Origin: Pirellulales bacterium
GTDB lineage: Bacteria > Planctomycetota > Planctomycetia > Pirellulales > UBA1268
Assembly: GCA_044376405.1 (NCBI GenBank)
Contig: JBILKZ010000001.1
Location: 24,214 to 88,213 of the forward strand
Direction of reading: 5' to 3'
DNA: 64,000 bases
The stretch's first letter is position 1. The number at the start of each line of letters is the position of its first letter. Shown piece by piece: positions 33,623-43,355 of the stretch. Under the pieces are notes generated by a model, which saw nothing but the letters and a program-made list of their open reading frames with translations, was not told the DNA's origin and did no database searches. Made by a program: the position numbers and the translations under genes.

Positions 33623-34414
33623 TTATGCCAGCCACTGGAGCGGGTCGGCCTCGTCGCGGCTGGCCCAGCAGGAGAGGCCGGGCACCGCCTCGGACAATCT
33701 CCCGGCGAGCACCTCCATCGAAAATCGCTCGCTGGCGTGGTGCCCCACCGCGATCACTGCCAGGCCCATGGCCCGCGCCTCGAGGGACTGATGCAGCTTG
33801 ATCTCTCCGGTCAGGAAGGTTGTGCAGCCCGACTGGGTCACGGCGGCCAGCGAGTCGCCGCCGCTGCCGCAGACGATGCCGACGCGGCCGGCTGGGTGGT
33901 CTGGAATGCCCACCACCTGGACGCCCCTCACCCCCAGCCGCCCGGCAATGTGACTGGACAGTTTGGCGACCGACCAGCCGGCAGGGGCCGTGCCAGCCCG
34001 GCCGAAGCCGGCCAGAGGATGGATCGTGTCGGGCTCGATGGGCGCCACGTGATCCAGCCCCAGCAGGGTGGCGAGCTGATCGTTGATGCCGCCGGCGGCC
34101 GAGTCCCAGGCGGTGTGCGAACTCCAGACGGCGATGCCGGCGTGGATCAGATCGAGAAGCACGCGGCCAGTGGAGGTGTCGGCGGTGATCCGCGGAACCG
34201 GCCGAAAGGGCAGGGGATGGTGCGTGACCACCATGTCGGCCTGTTCGCGGACCGCCTCGGCGGCCACCTCGGGCGTGAGCGACAGGCAGGTCATCACGCG
34301 AGCGATCTGTGGCCGGCGGGAGCCGACCAGCAGGCCGACCGAGTCCCATGAGGCGGCCAGTCGCAACGGGGCGATGTGTTCCAGGGCTTCTATCACCTGT
34401 GCAATCGCGGGCAT
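33623..34414 (-). CDS. Nif3-like dinuclear metal center protein (YbgI family)
   Basis: ATG 34414 (MPAIAQVIEALEHIAPLRLAASWDSVGLLVG). Contains THHPLPFRP and GHHASE motifs. Confidence 0.85.
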   Translation of the reverse strand: MPAIAQVIEALEHIAPLRLAASWDSVGLLVGSRRPQIARVMTCLSLTPEVAAEAVREQADMVVTHHPLPFRPVPRITADTSTGRVLLDLIHAGIAVWSSHTAWDSAAGGINDQLATLLGLDHVAPIEPDTIHPLAGFGRAGTAPAGWSVAKLSSHIAGRLGVRGVQVVGIPDHPAGRVGIVCGSGGDSLAAVTQSGCTTFLTGEIKLHQSLEARAMGLAVIAVGHHASERFSMEVLAGRLSEAVPGLSCWASRDEADPLQWLA

Positions 34415-34563
34415 GCCGGGAGACTCCTCGATGAATTGCGGTGCTTGATCGCCGTTGCATTGTCCATCCAAGCCCGCAGCGCCAGCAAGGGAGGTTGCTT
34501 GCAGATTACAATCCCCGATTCCTTGCTCTGCAGAACGTGCAATTCACAGGATCACATTCTCCG

Positions 34564-35364
34564 ATGGACACATCCCGTCTCGCCGTTGCCACCGCGGCCC
34601 TTTCCCCCGACCTGCGGACTGCCCTCAAGCGGGCTCGGGAACTCGGGGTCCGCGGCGTGGAGATCGATGCGCGGGGCGGCCTCGATCCGGAGCAGGTGTC
34701 GCAGACGGGCCTCCGGCAGATCCGCAAGTGGCTCGATGACGAGGGGCTCGTGGTGTCGGCGGTGGCGTTTCGCACACGCGGTGGCTATGCCGATGCCGAC
34801 CGGCTGGAGGCAAGGATCGCCGCGACGAAGCGGGCGATCGAACTCGCGCACGACCTTGGTGCCCAGGTCGTGCTCAACCACATCGGCGACGTGCCGCCTG
34901 CGGCAGCGGACCCGGAGGCTGAGCCCGACCCGCAGTGGCGGCTGCTCGTCGACGTGCTCACGGATCTGGGCGGCTGGGGCCATCGCGTGGGCGCCACGCT
35001 CTGCGCGGAAGCGGGACGCGCCGGGCCCGACGACCTCGTGCGGGTGATCGCCAGCCTGCCGGAGGGATCGCTCACCTGCGACGTCGTCACCGGCGGGCTG
35101 TTGGTGCATCGGCACGATCCGGCCGAGGCGATCAAAAAGCTGGCGGGGCACATCGGCTACGTGCATGCCACCGACGCGGTGGCTGGCAGCTTCGCGGGCC
35201 GCGGTCGCGCGGCTGTGCTCGGCACAGGTCACGTCGACCTTGCGGCGGTCTTCGGCACGCTCGAGGAGCGGGGGTATCGCGGGTGGATCGGTGTCGAGTC
35301 GGCCGATGCCCGGGGCGGTGCCGCCGAACTCGCGGAGGCGGTGCAGCTGCTCAAGAGCTTGTGA
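34564..35364 (+). CDS. sugar phosphate isomerase/epimerase (xylose isomerase-like TIM barrel)
   Basis: ATG 34564; 266 aa. GVRGVEIDAR, VVLNHIGDVP, ...YVHATD...GTGHVD...GYRGWIGVE pattern. Confidence 0.7.
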   Translation: MDTSRLAVATAALSPDLRTALKRARELGVRGVEIDARGGLDPEQVSQTGLRQIRKWLDDEGLVVSAVAFRTRGGYADADRLEARIAATKRAIELAHDLGAQVVLNHIGDVPPAAADPEAEPDPQWRLLVDVLTDLGGWGHRVGATLCAEAGRAGPDDLVRVIASLPEGSLTCDVVTGGLLVHRHDPAEAIKKLAGHIGYVHATDAVAGSFAGRGRAAVLGTGHVDLAAVFGTLEERGYRGWIGVESADARGGAAELAEAVQLLKSL

Positions 35365-35406
35365 GTGGCAATGCGACAGGCGGGCGAGAGGGTTTGAATG
35401 CCAGGT

Positions 35407-35478
35407 GATCCCGTCGCTTGCGCTCAGGGCTTTTATGGGGAGAGTCACATACAAGCCCCCGGCGTGAGCCGGGGGATC
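35407..35478 (+). repeat. double-hairpin REP-like element, family 1
   Basis: GATCCCGTCGCTTGCGCTCAGGGCTTTTATGGGGAGAGTCACATACAAGCCCCCGGCGTGAGCCGGGGGATC, located 43 nt after the upstream stop. Confidence 0.85.
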
Positions 35479-35563
35479 TGGGCCACCACGATAGGCCCGC
35501 ATCCCTTGCCCCCACGTGATAGATTTTGTTTGCCTTCCTCGTTTCAGAGGCTATGCTCTCTTT

Positions 35564-36322
35564 ATGCAACCTCGCGGAACGCTTCGACCGCTTCGTCGGA
35601 TCACCACCTGGCTGGCGATTCTTGGCTACACGCTCGTAGCCTCGGGCCTGCCGTTGCCGCTTGGCTCCATTTCTCTTGGGTTCGTCTCGCCGGCCGCCTC
35701 TGACTCGCCCGCTGCGAAGCGGCTGGCCGGCAAGGATCGCTCGCGGCCCTTTCCCTGCATGGACAAACCCTGCGGCTGCGCCACGGCCGAGCAGTGCTTC
35801 ACCAACTGCTGCTGCAATACGCCGGCGGAGACGCTTGCCTGGGCCACGGCCCATCGCGTTGAGCCGGCGGTGCTCACGGCGCTCGAGCAGCGGGTAGCTA
35901 GCAGCAGTCAGCTGGCGGCGAAGGCCACAAAGTCATCTTGCTGCTTGGGCAAGGCCCCTGCGGCCGAGGAGTCGTGCTGCACGATCGAGCAGCCCGCCGC
36001 GGTGGTTGCTGAAGACGGCGATCTCTGCAGCATGGATGCGTCACGTGCGGCCACGCTGTCAGCGACCGAAGAAGCAACGCCCGACAAAGTTGCTCCCGAC
36101 GACGAACCGTCACGCCAGCCGCGGTCGCGCGCGGTCACGCTGCGTGCCATGCTGGCCTGCGGTGGCATCGTGGCGGAGTGGTTCGCGGCCGGCGCGGCCT
36201 TGCCGCCGCCGCGGCTCGAGGTGTCTCTTCTGATGCACGTGCTCGACGTGTGCACGCCCGGCGACGAAGCGTGCGAATCGTTGGCTGTCTCTCCGGCAGC
36301 GCCGCCGCCCCGAGTGGCCTGA
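35564..36322 (+). CDS. Cys-rich membrane-anchored hypothetical protein
   Basis: ATG 35564, one N-terminal TM helix (ITTWLAILGYTLVASGL). Cys cluster PCMDKPCGCATAEQCFTNCCCN plus SSCC and SCC motifs. Confidence 0.6.
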   Translation: MQPRGTLRPLRRITTWLAILGYTLVASGLPLPLGSISLGFVSPAASDSPAAKRLAGKDRSRPFPCMDKPCGCATAEQCFTNCCCNTPAETLAWATAHRVEPAVLTALEQRVASSSQLAAKATKSSCCLGKAPAAEESCCTIEQPAAVVAEDGDLCSMDASRAATLSATEEATPDKVAPDDEPSRQPRSRAVTLRAMLACGGIVAEWFAAGAALPPPRLEVSLLMHVLDVCTPGDEACESLAVSPAAPPPRVA

Positions 36323-36512
36323 TCTCTGTCGCAGCCCTGCGCGGCGTGATCCCGATTCTGGATCCAGTCCACGTCAATGCTGCGTGTCAGTGTCGTGATC
36401 CGTTTCAGCGTCGCATGCTGCGCGCCGGCGGGAAGAGCTTAATTGGCAGATACCGTGTCAGCTCCATGAGCGGTGCGGCTGCCTGAAGTACACACAGACA
36501 AGGATCTGCACC

Positions 36513-37649
36513 ATGACCATGCATCGTTGCGCGGGCCGCGGGCCCGTCCCAAAGAATCGATATGCCTTCACGCTTGTTGAACTGCTGGTGGTGATCGCCA
36601 TCATCGGCACGCTCGTCGGCCTCCTGCTCCCGGCCGTGCAGTCGGCTCGGGAGGCGGCCCGCCGGACGAGCTGCACCAATAACCTCCGGCAGTTCGGGCT
36701 GGCGATGTTCAATTTCGAGAGTGCCCGTGCGCACTTTCCGCCGACTGATGCCCGCGGCAGCGCCGCCGCGGGGCCGACGGCGGTCGGCGGCTGGTCCCTG
36801 CACTCGCGGCTGCTGCCGTATGCCGAAGAAGCGGCGATTGCGGATCGTTTCGACTTCAAACAGGCGGCTTTCACTGGGAACTTTTCGTCGCAGACACCCA
36901 ATGCCGCGTTCGCCGCCCTCTTTGCGACACCGGTACCGATGCTCTTGTGCGCCAGTGATCCAGCACCGACTGTCAACAAGTCAAACGGCTATGACTACGG
37001 CGGCAATAACTACATGGTGAGTATCGGCAGCGCACAGGCGAATGGGGCAGGCACGTATTACTGGGACTTTAGTAAACCCACCGATGGGATCGTCTTTGAA
37101 AACTCGAAGGTGCGAATCGCGAAGATCACAGACGGAACGTCGAAGACGGCCATTGCCAGTGAAGCTGTCCGCAGCATTGCCAACGGGACTGCCGACTCCG
37201 TCACGTTCGCTGCCGGTTCTCCGCCGCCGTTCCCCTACCAATATACGGCGAATGCCTCCTCGACCCACGGGTGGAACTCGACGACCTTGAAGACGAGCGG
37301 CATGACAAATCCGACCACACAGGAGGCCGATGACTTGGTCAACCGATGGACGGAACTGACGTCATGGCGGCACGCGGGCTCCCCCTCGATGCGTGGTCGA
37401 GGGCAGGCCTGGGCGGCGACGACGGCTGGCAACAGCCTTACGAACGGCTTCCTGCCGCCCAACAGCACGATCCCCGACTACGTCGTCCACTGGTCGGGCT
37501 TCTTCGGCCCGAAGAGTTTTCATCCTGGTGGTGCGAACGTGCTCTTTGGAGACGGCCGGGTGGTGCTCCTGTCGGACAAGACCGACAAGGACCTCCACCG
37601 CGCCCTCCACAGCATCAACGGCGGCGAGCATGTCTCCGGTGGTTTCTGA
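36513..37649 (+). CDS. DUF1559 domain protein with prepilin-type N-terminal methylation motif
   Basis: [44 protein letters not shown], and the C-terminal [14 protein letters not shown] typical of DUF1559. Confidence 0.9.
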   Translation: MTMHRCAGRGPVPKNRYAFTLVELLVVIAIIGTLVGLLLPAVQSAREAARRTSCTNNLRQFGLAMFNFESARAHFPPTDARGSAAAGPTAVGGWSLHSRLLPYAEEAAIADRFDFKQAAFTGNFSSQTPNAAFAALFATPVPMLLCASDPAPTVNKSNGYDYGGNNYMVSIGSAQANGAGTYYWDFSKPTDGIVFENSKVRIAKITDGTSKTAIASEAVRSIANGTADSVTFAAGSPPPFPYQYTANASSTHGWNSTTLKTSGMTNPTTQEADDLVNRWTELTSWRHAGSPSMRGRGQAWAATTAGNSLTNGFLPPNSTIPDYVVHWSGFFGPKSFHPGGANVLFGDGRVVLLSDKTDKDLHRALHSINGGEHVSGGF

Positions 37650-37708
37650 GCACTTTTTCGGACCGGACAACCCTCCACACCTTCACCACATCCCGAGGAG
37701 ATTCTCTC

Positions 37709-38563
37709 ATGCTCCGATCGAATCGTTTCTATGTTCAACGTTGCGTTCCGAATCACGGGGGGCAACCCCGTTGGATCGCTCTGCTCGCCGTGCTCCTCGT
37801 CGTCGCGGCCACTCCATCCGCCCATGCCCACGACACCTGGCTGCAAGCCTCGCCGCGGCTCGTTCAGCCCGATGACGTCGTGCACGTCGGTCTCTTTCTT
37901 GGCAACCATGGCAACGAGCACCGCGACTTCAAGATCGCCGGCAAGGTCGGCTCGCTCGAGGGCGTGCAGGTGGGCGTGATCGGCCCCGACGGCCGGAAGA
38001 CCGACCTCGTACCCGACATGGTCGATCTCGGCTACGCGCCGAAGGAAGGCTTCTGGACGGCACGATTCGTGCCGGCCACGGCGGGCCTCCACTGCGTGGC
38101 CCACTACCGCGAAGGCGTTCGCCATGGGGCGATGGGATTCAAGGGAGGCAAGACCTACTTCCTCGCCTCCGAGTCGCTCGACAGTCCGGGCAAGCCGACG
38201 GCCACGCTGCCTGAGCCGCTCGGCCATCCGCTCGAACTGGTGCTGGAGAGCCACCCGGTGCTCGCCTGCGGGCCTGGCAAGCCGATCGTCGTGCGTCTGC
38301 TGCTCAAGGGGAAGCCCCTTGCCGATCAGGTCGTGTCGTTCATCCCGCGTGGGGCGACGCTCGCCGATGGCTTCGACCCGAATCACGAACGAAAAACCGA
38401 CGCGGATGGCCGGTGCAGCTACACGCCGCAGGAGGGCAACCTGGTGCTGGTTGTCGCGCACCACGTCGATCCCGAGCAGAAGGGGGAGGGGTATGAGAAG
38501 GCGAGCTACGCCGCCACCCTTGTTCTCGACGTGCCGCAGCGGTGCCCGTGCTGCGCGGAGTGA
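37709..38563 (+). CDS. DUF4198 domain protein (Ni/Co-uptake-associated periplasmic fold) ending in CPCC
   Basis: ATG 37709, signal peptide ...PSAHAHDTWL (mature N-terminus HDTW as in DUF4198), and a transthyretin-like C-terminal part (KPLADQVVSF...TDADGRCSY). The C-terminus is QRCPCCAE. Confidence 0.7.
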   Translation: MLRSNRFYVQRCVPNHGGQPRWIALLAVLLVVAATPSAHAHDTWLQASPRLVQPDDVVHVGLFLGNHGNEHRDFKIAGKVGSLEGVQVGVIGPDGRKTDLVPDMVDLGYAPKEGFWTARFVPATAGLHCVAHYREGVRHGAMGFKGGKTYFLASESLDSPGKPTATLPEPLGHPLELVLESHPVLACGPGKPIVVRLLLKGKPLADQVVSFIPRGATLADGFDPNHERKTDADGRCSYTPQEGNLVLVVAHHVDPEQKGEGYEKASYAATLVLDVPQRCPCCAE

Positions 38564-38636
38564 AAAGGGGACGCAGCTCTTTTCCTCGCCCCCGCAGGGA
38601 ACGGAGTGCGCAGGGAAAAGAGCTGCGTCCCCTTTT
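38563..38636. terminator. palindromic element family 2 (likely bidirectional terminator)
   Basis: AAAAGGGGACGCAGCTCTTTTCC (38563-38585) and GGAAAAGAGCTGCGTCCCCTTTT (38614-38636) form perfect 23-bp arms between convergent genes. The same arms occur at 50703-50790. Confidence 0.75.
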
Positions 38637-38642
38637 TCGGTG

Positions 38643-39347
38643 TCAGCGAACGAGCCGTGCCGCTAGCGCGATTGCGGCGGTCTCGACGCGGAGGATGTGG
38701 GGCCCGAGTGAGATGCGGATGACGCCCGCGCGGTCGGCACTGCAGAGTTCGTCGTCGGTGAATCCCCCCTCGGGGCCGACCAGGGCGAGCATCGCCGTGG
38801 CGGTCGGGGGCATGGTGGCGACGTCGAGCGGCGCCCCACCGGGATGAGCGATCACGACGCATGCGCCGGCTGGCACCTCGGCCAGCAGCCGGTCGAGCGG
38901 GCGGCCCGCTGCGATCTCCATGAGCGTGTTTCGTCGACACTGCTTGCAGGCCTCGATCACCACCCGTTCGAGCCTTGCCTGCGCGGATGCGGTCGCCTCC
39001 GCTACGCCGCGGGTCGTCTCCAACGGCACGAGTCTCGCCGCCCCCAGTTCCGTAAGCTTCTCGACCATCCACTTCTGCCGCTCTCCCTTGGGCAGCGCGA
39101 CGGCGAGCGTGAGCGGGATTGCGGAAGGAGGAAGCGGATCGATGGTCGGTTCACTTGTGTCGAGTTCCACGCGATCCCGTCCGAGCGACGCCACCCGTGC
39201 CGGCCACTCGCGGCCCCTGCCATCGAAGAGCGACACCGTGTCACCGACCTTCGCGCGAAGCACCCGCGTGAGATGGCGGGCCTCGTCGCCCTCGAGAATG
39301 GCGCGGTCTCCGGCCGGCTGCGTCGTGATGAAAAATCGTTCGCTCAT
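38643..39347 (-). CDS. rsmE: 16S rRNA (uracil1498-N3)-methyltransferase
   Basis: 234 aa. MSERFFI...GDEARHLTRVLRAKVGDTV and the C-terminal SPOUT motif LVGPEGGFTDDE. Confidence 0.88.
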   Translation of the reverse strand: MSERFFITTQPAGDRAILEGDEARHLTRVLRAKVGDTVSLFDGRGREWPARVASLGRDRVELDTSEPTIDPLPPSAIPLTLAVALPKGERQKWMVEKLTELGAARLVPLETTRGVAEATASAQARLERVVIEACKQCRRNTLMEIAAGRPLDRLLAEVPAGACVVIAHPGGAPLDVATMPPTATAMLALVGPEGGFTDDELCSADRAGVIRISLGPHILRVETAAIALAARLVR

Positions 39348-39432
39348 CGAGTGTTCGGCGGACGGGCTGACGCTTTTGCGGGGAAAACTTCGTCCTGACG
39401 TGGGGCACCGCTGCCGCTACACTCCCGCCATC

Positions 39433-40341
39433 ATGTCACGCGACCACTGGAAATTCACCGGGGCCCCTTTCGACGGCGGACTGGAACCGGCAACCTTCCA
39501 CGCCGGCGGTCCTCAGGAGGAGGCTCTTGCGCGGATGGAATGGCTGCTCGAGGAGCGGCAGCGGTTCGGGCTGGTCACCGCGGCGGAAGGCTGCGGGAAG
39601 AGCCATCTGGCCGCCATGGCGGTTCGCCGTCTGGGCGGCCTCGGCGCCGAGACGGCGCTGCTGTCACTTCGCGGCCTCGCAGCCGGCGACTGGATTGAAC
39701 TTCTTCTCGAGCGACTGCCGCTCGATCCGCGGAGTCGTGCCGAGCCGCTGCGGCCCTGGCAGAAGCTGGAAAACAGACTTCGCGAAAATACGCTCATGGA
39801 ACGCCCGACCGTGCTCGTCTTCGACGACATCGACGAGGCACCGGCCGATGCGATCGACGGGATCACGAGGCTCGTCGGGGCTGCCGAACCGCGATTCGCC
39901 CGCACGGTCGTGGTGGCCACGGCGGCTCCCGAGGGACTGTCGCGGGTGCCGGCCTCCATCCGCCAGCGGGCGAGCCTGAGGATCGAACTCGCGGCCTGGA
40001 GCGAGGACGACGTCGCTGGCTTTCTCGCGCAGGCGATTGCCCGCGTGGGTGGCGATCCCGAGATTTTTCCCGCCGAGGCCGCGGCCACGCTCGCGCGGTT
40101 CGCCGGAGGAGTGCCCCGCACTGTCAGCCACCTAGCGCAGCTCGCGTTGGCCGCTGCGGCGGGCGACGGGCTCGACCGGGTCGATGCCGCCACGGTCGAA
40201 CGGGCGTGGCGTGAACTCTCGATGGCTGCCGCTGGAGAAAGCCGTGAAGCCGTCTTGCAGGATGACGACATGTCGCCGTCCGGCATCGACCGTGAGTCGT
40301 CGCAGCCGCGTGTGCGGGTGGTCCGCCGGCTGTGGGGCTAG
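39433..40341 (+). CDS. AAA family ATPase (ExeA-like)
   Basis: ATG 39433. Walker A-like AEGCGKSHL and Walker B VLVFDDIDEA. The upstream part of the track ORF is antisense to rsmE. Confidence 0.7.
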   Translation: MSRDHWKFTGAPFDGGLEPATFHAGGPQEEALARMEWLLEERQRFGLVTAAEGCGKSHLAAMAVRRLGGLGAETALLSLRGLAAGDWIELLLERLPLDPRSRAEPLRPWQKLENRLRENTLMERPTVLVFDDIDEAPADAIDGITRLVGAAEPRFARTVVVATAAPEGLSRVPASIRQRASLRIELAAWSEDDVAGFLAQAIARVGGDPEIFPAEAAATLARFAGGVPRTVSHLAQLALAAAAGDGLDRVDAATVERAWRELSMAAAGESREAVLQDDDMSPSGIDRESSQPRVRVVRRLWG

Positions 40342-40354
40342 GCGTTTTGCTGCG

Positions 40355-40705
40355 TTATTTGCGGATCGCCTTGATCGCCTGCTGGGCGGCCTCGCGGACC
40401 TTCGCGTCACCGTCCTTCAACAGGGGCTCAAGCGCCGGCAGCGCCTGCTTCGCGCTGGCACCCATGTTGCCGAGTTCCTTCGCCGCAGCGATCTGTTTGT
40501 TGGCGGGGCCCGTCTTGAGATCGGCGATGTAGCCGTCGACGAGCAGGTTGCCCATCGTCTTTGGGCCCTTCGGGCGTGCGCCGCTTCGGGCCTTCTTTTT
40601 CTTGGCACTGGAGCAGCCGGCAGCAGCGCCAGCCAGCACGGCTGCAGCGACACTCATTGCCGTGAGGAACCCGCGGCGGGAACATGGCCTTGCGGACTGG
40701 ATCAT
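40355..40705 (-). CDS. HEAT-repeat lipoprotein
   Basis: Tat/lipobox-like N-terminus (RRGFLTAMSVAAAVLAGAAAGCSS). HEAT-like IAAAKELGNMGASAKQALPALEPLLKDGDAKVREAAQQAIKAI. Confidence 0.7.
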   Translation of the reverse strand: MIQSARPCSRRGFLTAMSVAAAVLAGAAAGCSSAKKKKARSGARPKGPKTMGNLLVDGYIADLKTGPANKQIAAAKELGNMGASAKQALPALEPLLKDGDAKVREAAQQAIKAIRK

Positions 40706-40915
40706 CGGGGAAGCCCTGGCGAAGCCTGCGGGATGAGCAGGAGTCTGCGGATCGTAGCAGGAATGCTTTGCCCCCGGTATCGGTGGCGTGCATGCAGATT
40801 CGCCGGCGCATTTTTTCTCCCCGGCTGATCGCGTACACTGACGTCTCGCGCGGCCGGCGATCGCCCGCCTTGCCGGGCGGAATCAGGAAGCCGGGTCGCA
40901 TCAGGGAATTGAAGC

Positions 40916-41608
40916 GTGGGCAGAAACGCCGAGCCACAGCCAACGAGAATCGTCTCGATCTCGCCCGACGACGGCTCCGCCATCGATCTCCGCAACCCGG
41001 CGCTCGCCGCGGTGCTCTCGTGGGCAGTGCCCGGGCTCGGGCAGCTCTACCAGGGGCGGACAACGAAGGGCAGCCTGTTCATGGCGTCCATCCTCACAAC
41101 GTTCGTCCTGGGCCTGTGGCTCGGTGGTGGCAAGGTGGTCTACGCGTCATGGAAGCCCGGCGACACCCGCTGGGCATTTGTCTGTCAGGCTGGCGCCGGA
41201 TTGGTGGCCCTGCCGGCGGTCGTACAGTCGGCCAAACTGCTCGGCCCGGCCCGCCAGCCGCTGCTCTTGAATGGATTCATGGCCCCGCCGCTCGCTCCCG
41301 GCCAGTATGTCTCGCGGTCCTACGCCGACCGGCTCGCGCGACACGATCCCGACATTCGGCCCGACGACTTCTTCGACAAGCCACCGCTGAAGCAATTTCG
41401 CCGTGATCAACTCGCCCAGTGGCATCGGCATCTGGGCAAATTCTTCGAGATTGGTACTCTCTACACCATGCTCGCCGGCATGCTCAATCTGCTCGTGATC
41501 TACGACGCCTGGGCCGGGCCGCTCGGTCTATCAGAGGACGAAAAGAAACGCCGCGCTGCCGAGCCGGCCGCGGCCCCACTCCCGACGGCGTCTGAATCCG
41601 CTTCCTGA
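40916..41608 (+). CDS. hypothetical membrane protein
   Basis: 230 aa with several hydrophobic helices (NPALAAVLSWAVPGLGQLYQG..., SLFMASILTTFVLGLWLGG, FVCQAGAGLVALPAVV, IGTLYTMLAGMLNLLVIY). Confidence 0.6.
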   Translation: MGRNAEPQPTRIVSISPDDGSAIDLRNPALAAVLSWAVPGLGQLYQGRTTKGSLFMASILTTFVLGLWLGGGKVVYASWKPGDTRWAFVCQAGAGLVALPAVVQSAKLLGPARQPLLLNGFMAPPLAPGQYVSRSYADRLARHDPDIRPDDFFDKPPLKQFRRDQLAQWHRHLGKFFEIGTLYTMLAGMLNLLVIYDAWAGPLGLSEDEKKRRAAEPAAAPLPTASESAS

Positions 41609-41659
41609 CACACCCGAACCGCACTCACCCGCACGCACCCGCACGAAAGACACGCTCGC

Positions 41660-41920
41660 ATGGACGCGACGATAGCACTGGCACTCATGGCAGTTTCCCC
41701 GTGGCTGGTGCAGGCGCCGTTGCTCGCGTCGCTGGCAGGCCGGGTGCCCGGGATTTTCTTCGGGCTGCCGCTGGTGGCCCTGGCCAGCCTGATTTTCGCG
41801 GCCACACATCACGAGGATCCGGCGCAGATTCGGCTGGCGACCGTGCACTGGACGGTGTGGCTGGGCGGCATGCTCGGCATGGTGTTGGCGGCGGTGCTGC
41901 TGCTCGGCTGGCTGCAGTAG
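41660..41920 (+). CDS. small hypothetical membrane protein
   Basis: 86 aa with three hydrophobic segments and GC3-rich codons. Confidence 0.5.
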   Translation: MDATIALALMAVSPWLVQAPLLASLAGRVPGIFFGLPLVALASLIFAATHHEDPAQIRLATVHWTVWLGGMLGMVLAAVLLLGWLQ

Positions 41921-42118
41921 GACGCGTCTGCCGAACGTTACGCGCCGCCGGGACGGCAAAGGTTCCGTCGCTCGGAGATTCCGACTTGCCACTCGCGGCG
42001 GCATGGCACGCACAACAAGTCGGACATCCTCCTCGTCTCCTCCACCTTCGCCGATCCCGGCTCGGTCCGTGGCTGCTTCGCAGGATTCCATGCGAGGCAG
42101 CAGCTGGCGGGGTTTTGG

Positions 42119-43240
42119 CTATTGAGTCTGGGCGGCGAGGCGGCGGAGCTGGCCGCAGGCGGCGTCGATGCGGGCGCCCTTACGACGGCGGACCTGCACG
42201 TTGACACCTGCCGTTCGGAGCACGTCGAGAAACCGTTCCTGGGAGCCCTGCGTTGGCTCCCGCCACGGAAGCCCGGCCACGGCGTTGTAGGGGATCACGT
42301 TGACCAGCGCCGCCCGCCGACCGAGCAGGCGGACCAGTCGCTTGGCGTCCTCGGGCGAGTCGTTCACGCTGCCGAGGAGTACGTATTCAAACGTCAGTCG
42401 CCTGCCCGACGCCTCCCAGTAGCGGTCGGCGGCTGCCATCACATCGGCGAGGCCGATCGACTTGTTCACTGGGACGAGCCTGGTCCGCAGTTCATCCTCG
42501 GCGGCATGCAGCGAGACCGCCAGGTGGTAGCCCGGGTTTTCCTCGGTCAGGCGATCGATGGCGTTGGGCAGCCCCACCGTCGAGACGGTGATCCTCCGTT
42601 GCGAGATGCCAAAGCCCTCGGGATCCTGCGCGGTGGCCAGCGCCGGTAGGAGCCGGTCGAGGTTGGCCAGCGGCTCTCCCATGCCCATCACCACGATGTG
42701 ACTGAGCCGTTCATTGGGCGGCAAGAGCAGCTGGAGCCTGAGCAGTTGCTCCAGAATCTCACCGGTGGTGAGGTTGCGGATCACGCCGTCGAGGCCGCTC
42801 GCGCAGAACACGCAGCCCATCGCGCAACCCACCTGCGAACTGATGCAGACGGTGCGGCGGTCGCCATCCCGGAGGAGGACGCACTCGATCCGCTGGCGGT
42901 CGTGGAGTTCCAGGAGGAGCTTCTCAGTGCCGTCGTCGGCCTTGGAGTGCTTCGCGATCGTCGTCGTCCAGATCCTGAAACCCTCCTCCAGTTGCGTCCG
43001 CAGGTCCTTCGAGAGGTCGGTCATGTCGGCAAACGATGCTGCCCGCCGGCCGAACAGCCAGCGACGGATCGCCTTGGCCCGCCAGGCCGGCTGCTCCCGC
43101 GCCCTGAGCCATTCGCCCAGCAGGCTGCCCGCACCGCCGTCGCCCTCCAGAATGTGAGGCAGGCCTGTGACCGGGCTCGGCGCGGGGTTTTCTACGCGGC
43201 TGGCGTCGCCGGAATCGGCGGGGTAGATTTCTGTGGTCAT
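42119..43240 (-). CDS. rlmN: 23S rRNA (adenine2503-C2)-methyltransferase, radical SAM
   Basis: CISSQVGCAMGCVFCASG (CxxxCxxC), MGMGEPLAN and the C-terminal IDAACGQLR. Start candidates are 43240, 43249 and 43252. Confidence 0.9.
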   Translation of the reverse strand: MTTEIYPADSGDASRVENPAPSPVTGLPHILEGDGGAGSLLGEWLRAREQPAWRAKAIRRWLFGRRAASFADMTDLSKDLRTQLEEGFRIWTTTIAKHSKADDGTEKLLLELHDRQRIECVLLRDGDRRTVCISSQVGCAMGCVFCASGLDGVIRNLTTGEILEQLLRLQLLLPPNERLSHIVVMGMGEPLANLDRLLPALATAQDPEGFGISQRRITVSTVGLPNAIDRLTEENPGYHLAVSLHAAEDELRTRLVPVNKSIGLADVMAAADRYWEASGRRLTFEYVLLGSVNDSPEDAKRLVRLLGRRAALVNVIPYNAVAGLPWREPTQGSQERFLDVLRTAGVNVQVRRRKGARIDAACGQLRRLAAQTQ

Positions 43241-43355
43241 TCGGCCCATCATACGCACACCAGCCGCTGATTTGGGCGCTGATTTGGGCGAAGAGAGGCC
43301 GTCGACCGGGCCGGCCGACGCAGGAACACACGCAGGACCCCCCTGCTGCAACATC

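Noticed and set aside
38920-39432. 5' part of the 473-aa ORF 38920-40341
   Set aside because: It is antisense to rsmE. The ExeA-like ATPase sequence starts at ATG 39433, in the intergenic region.
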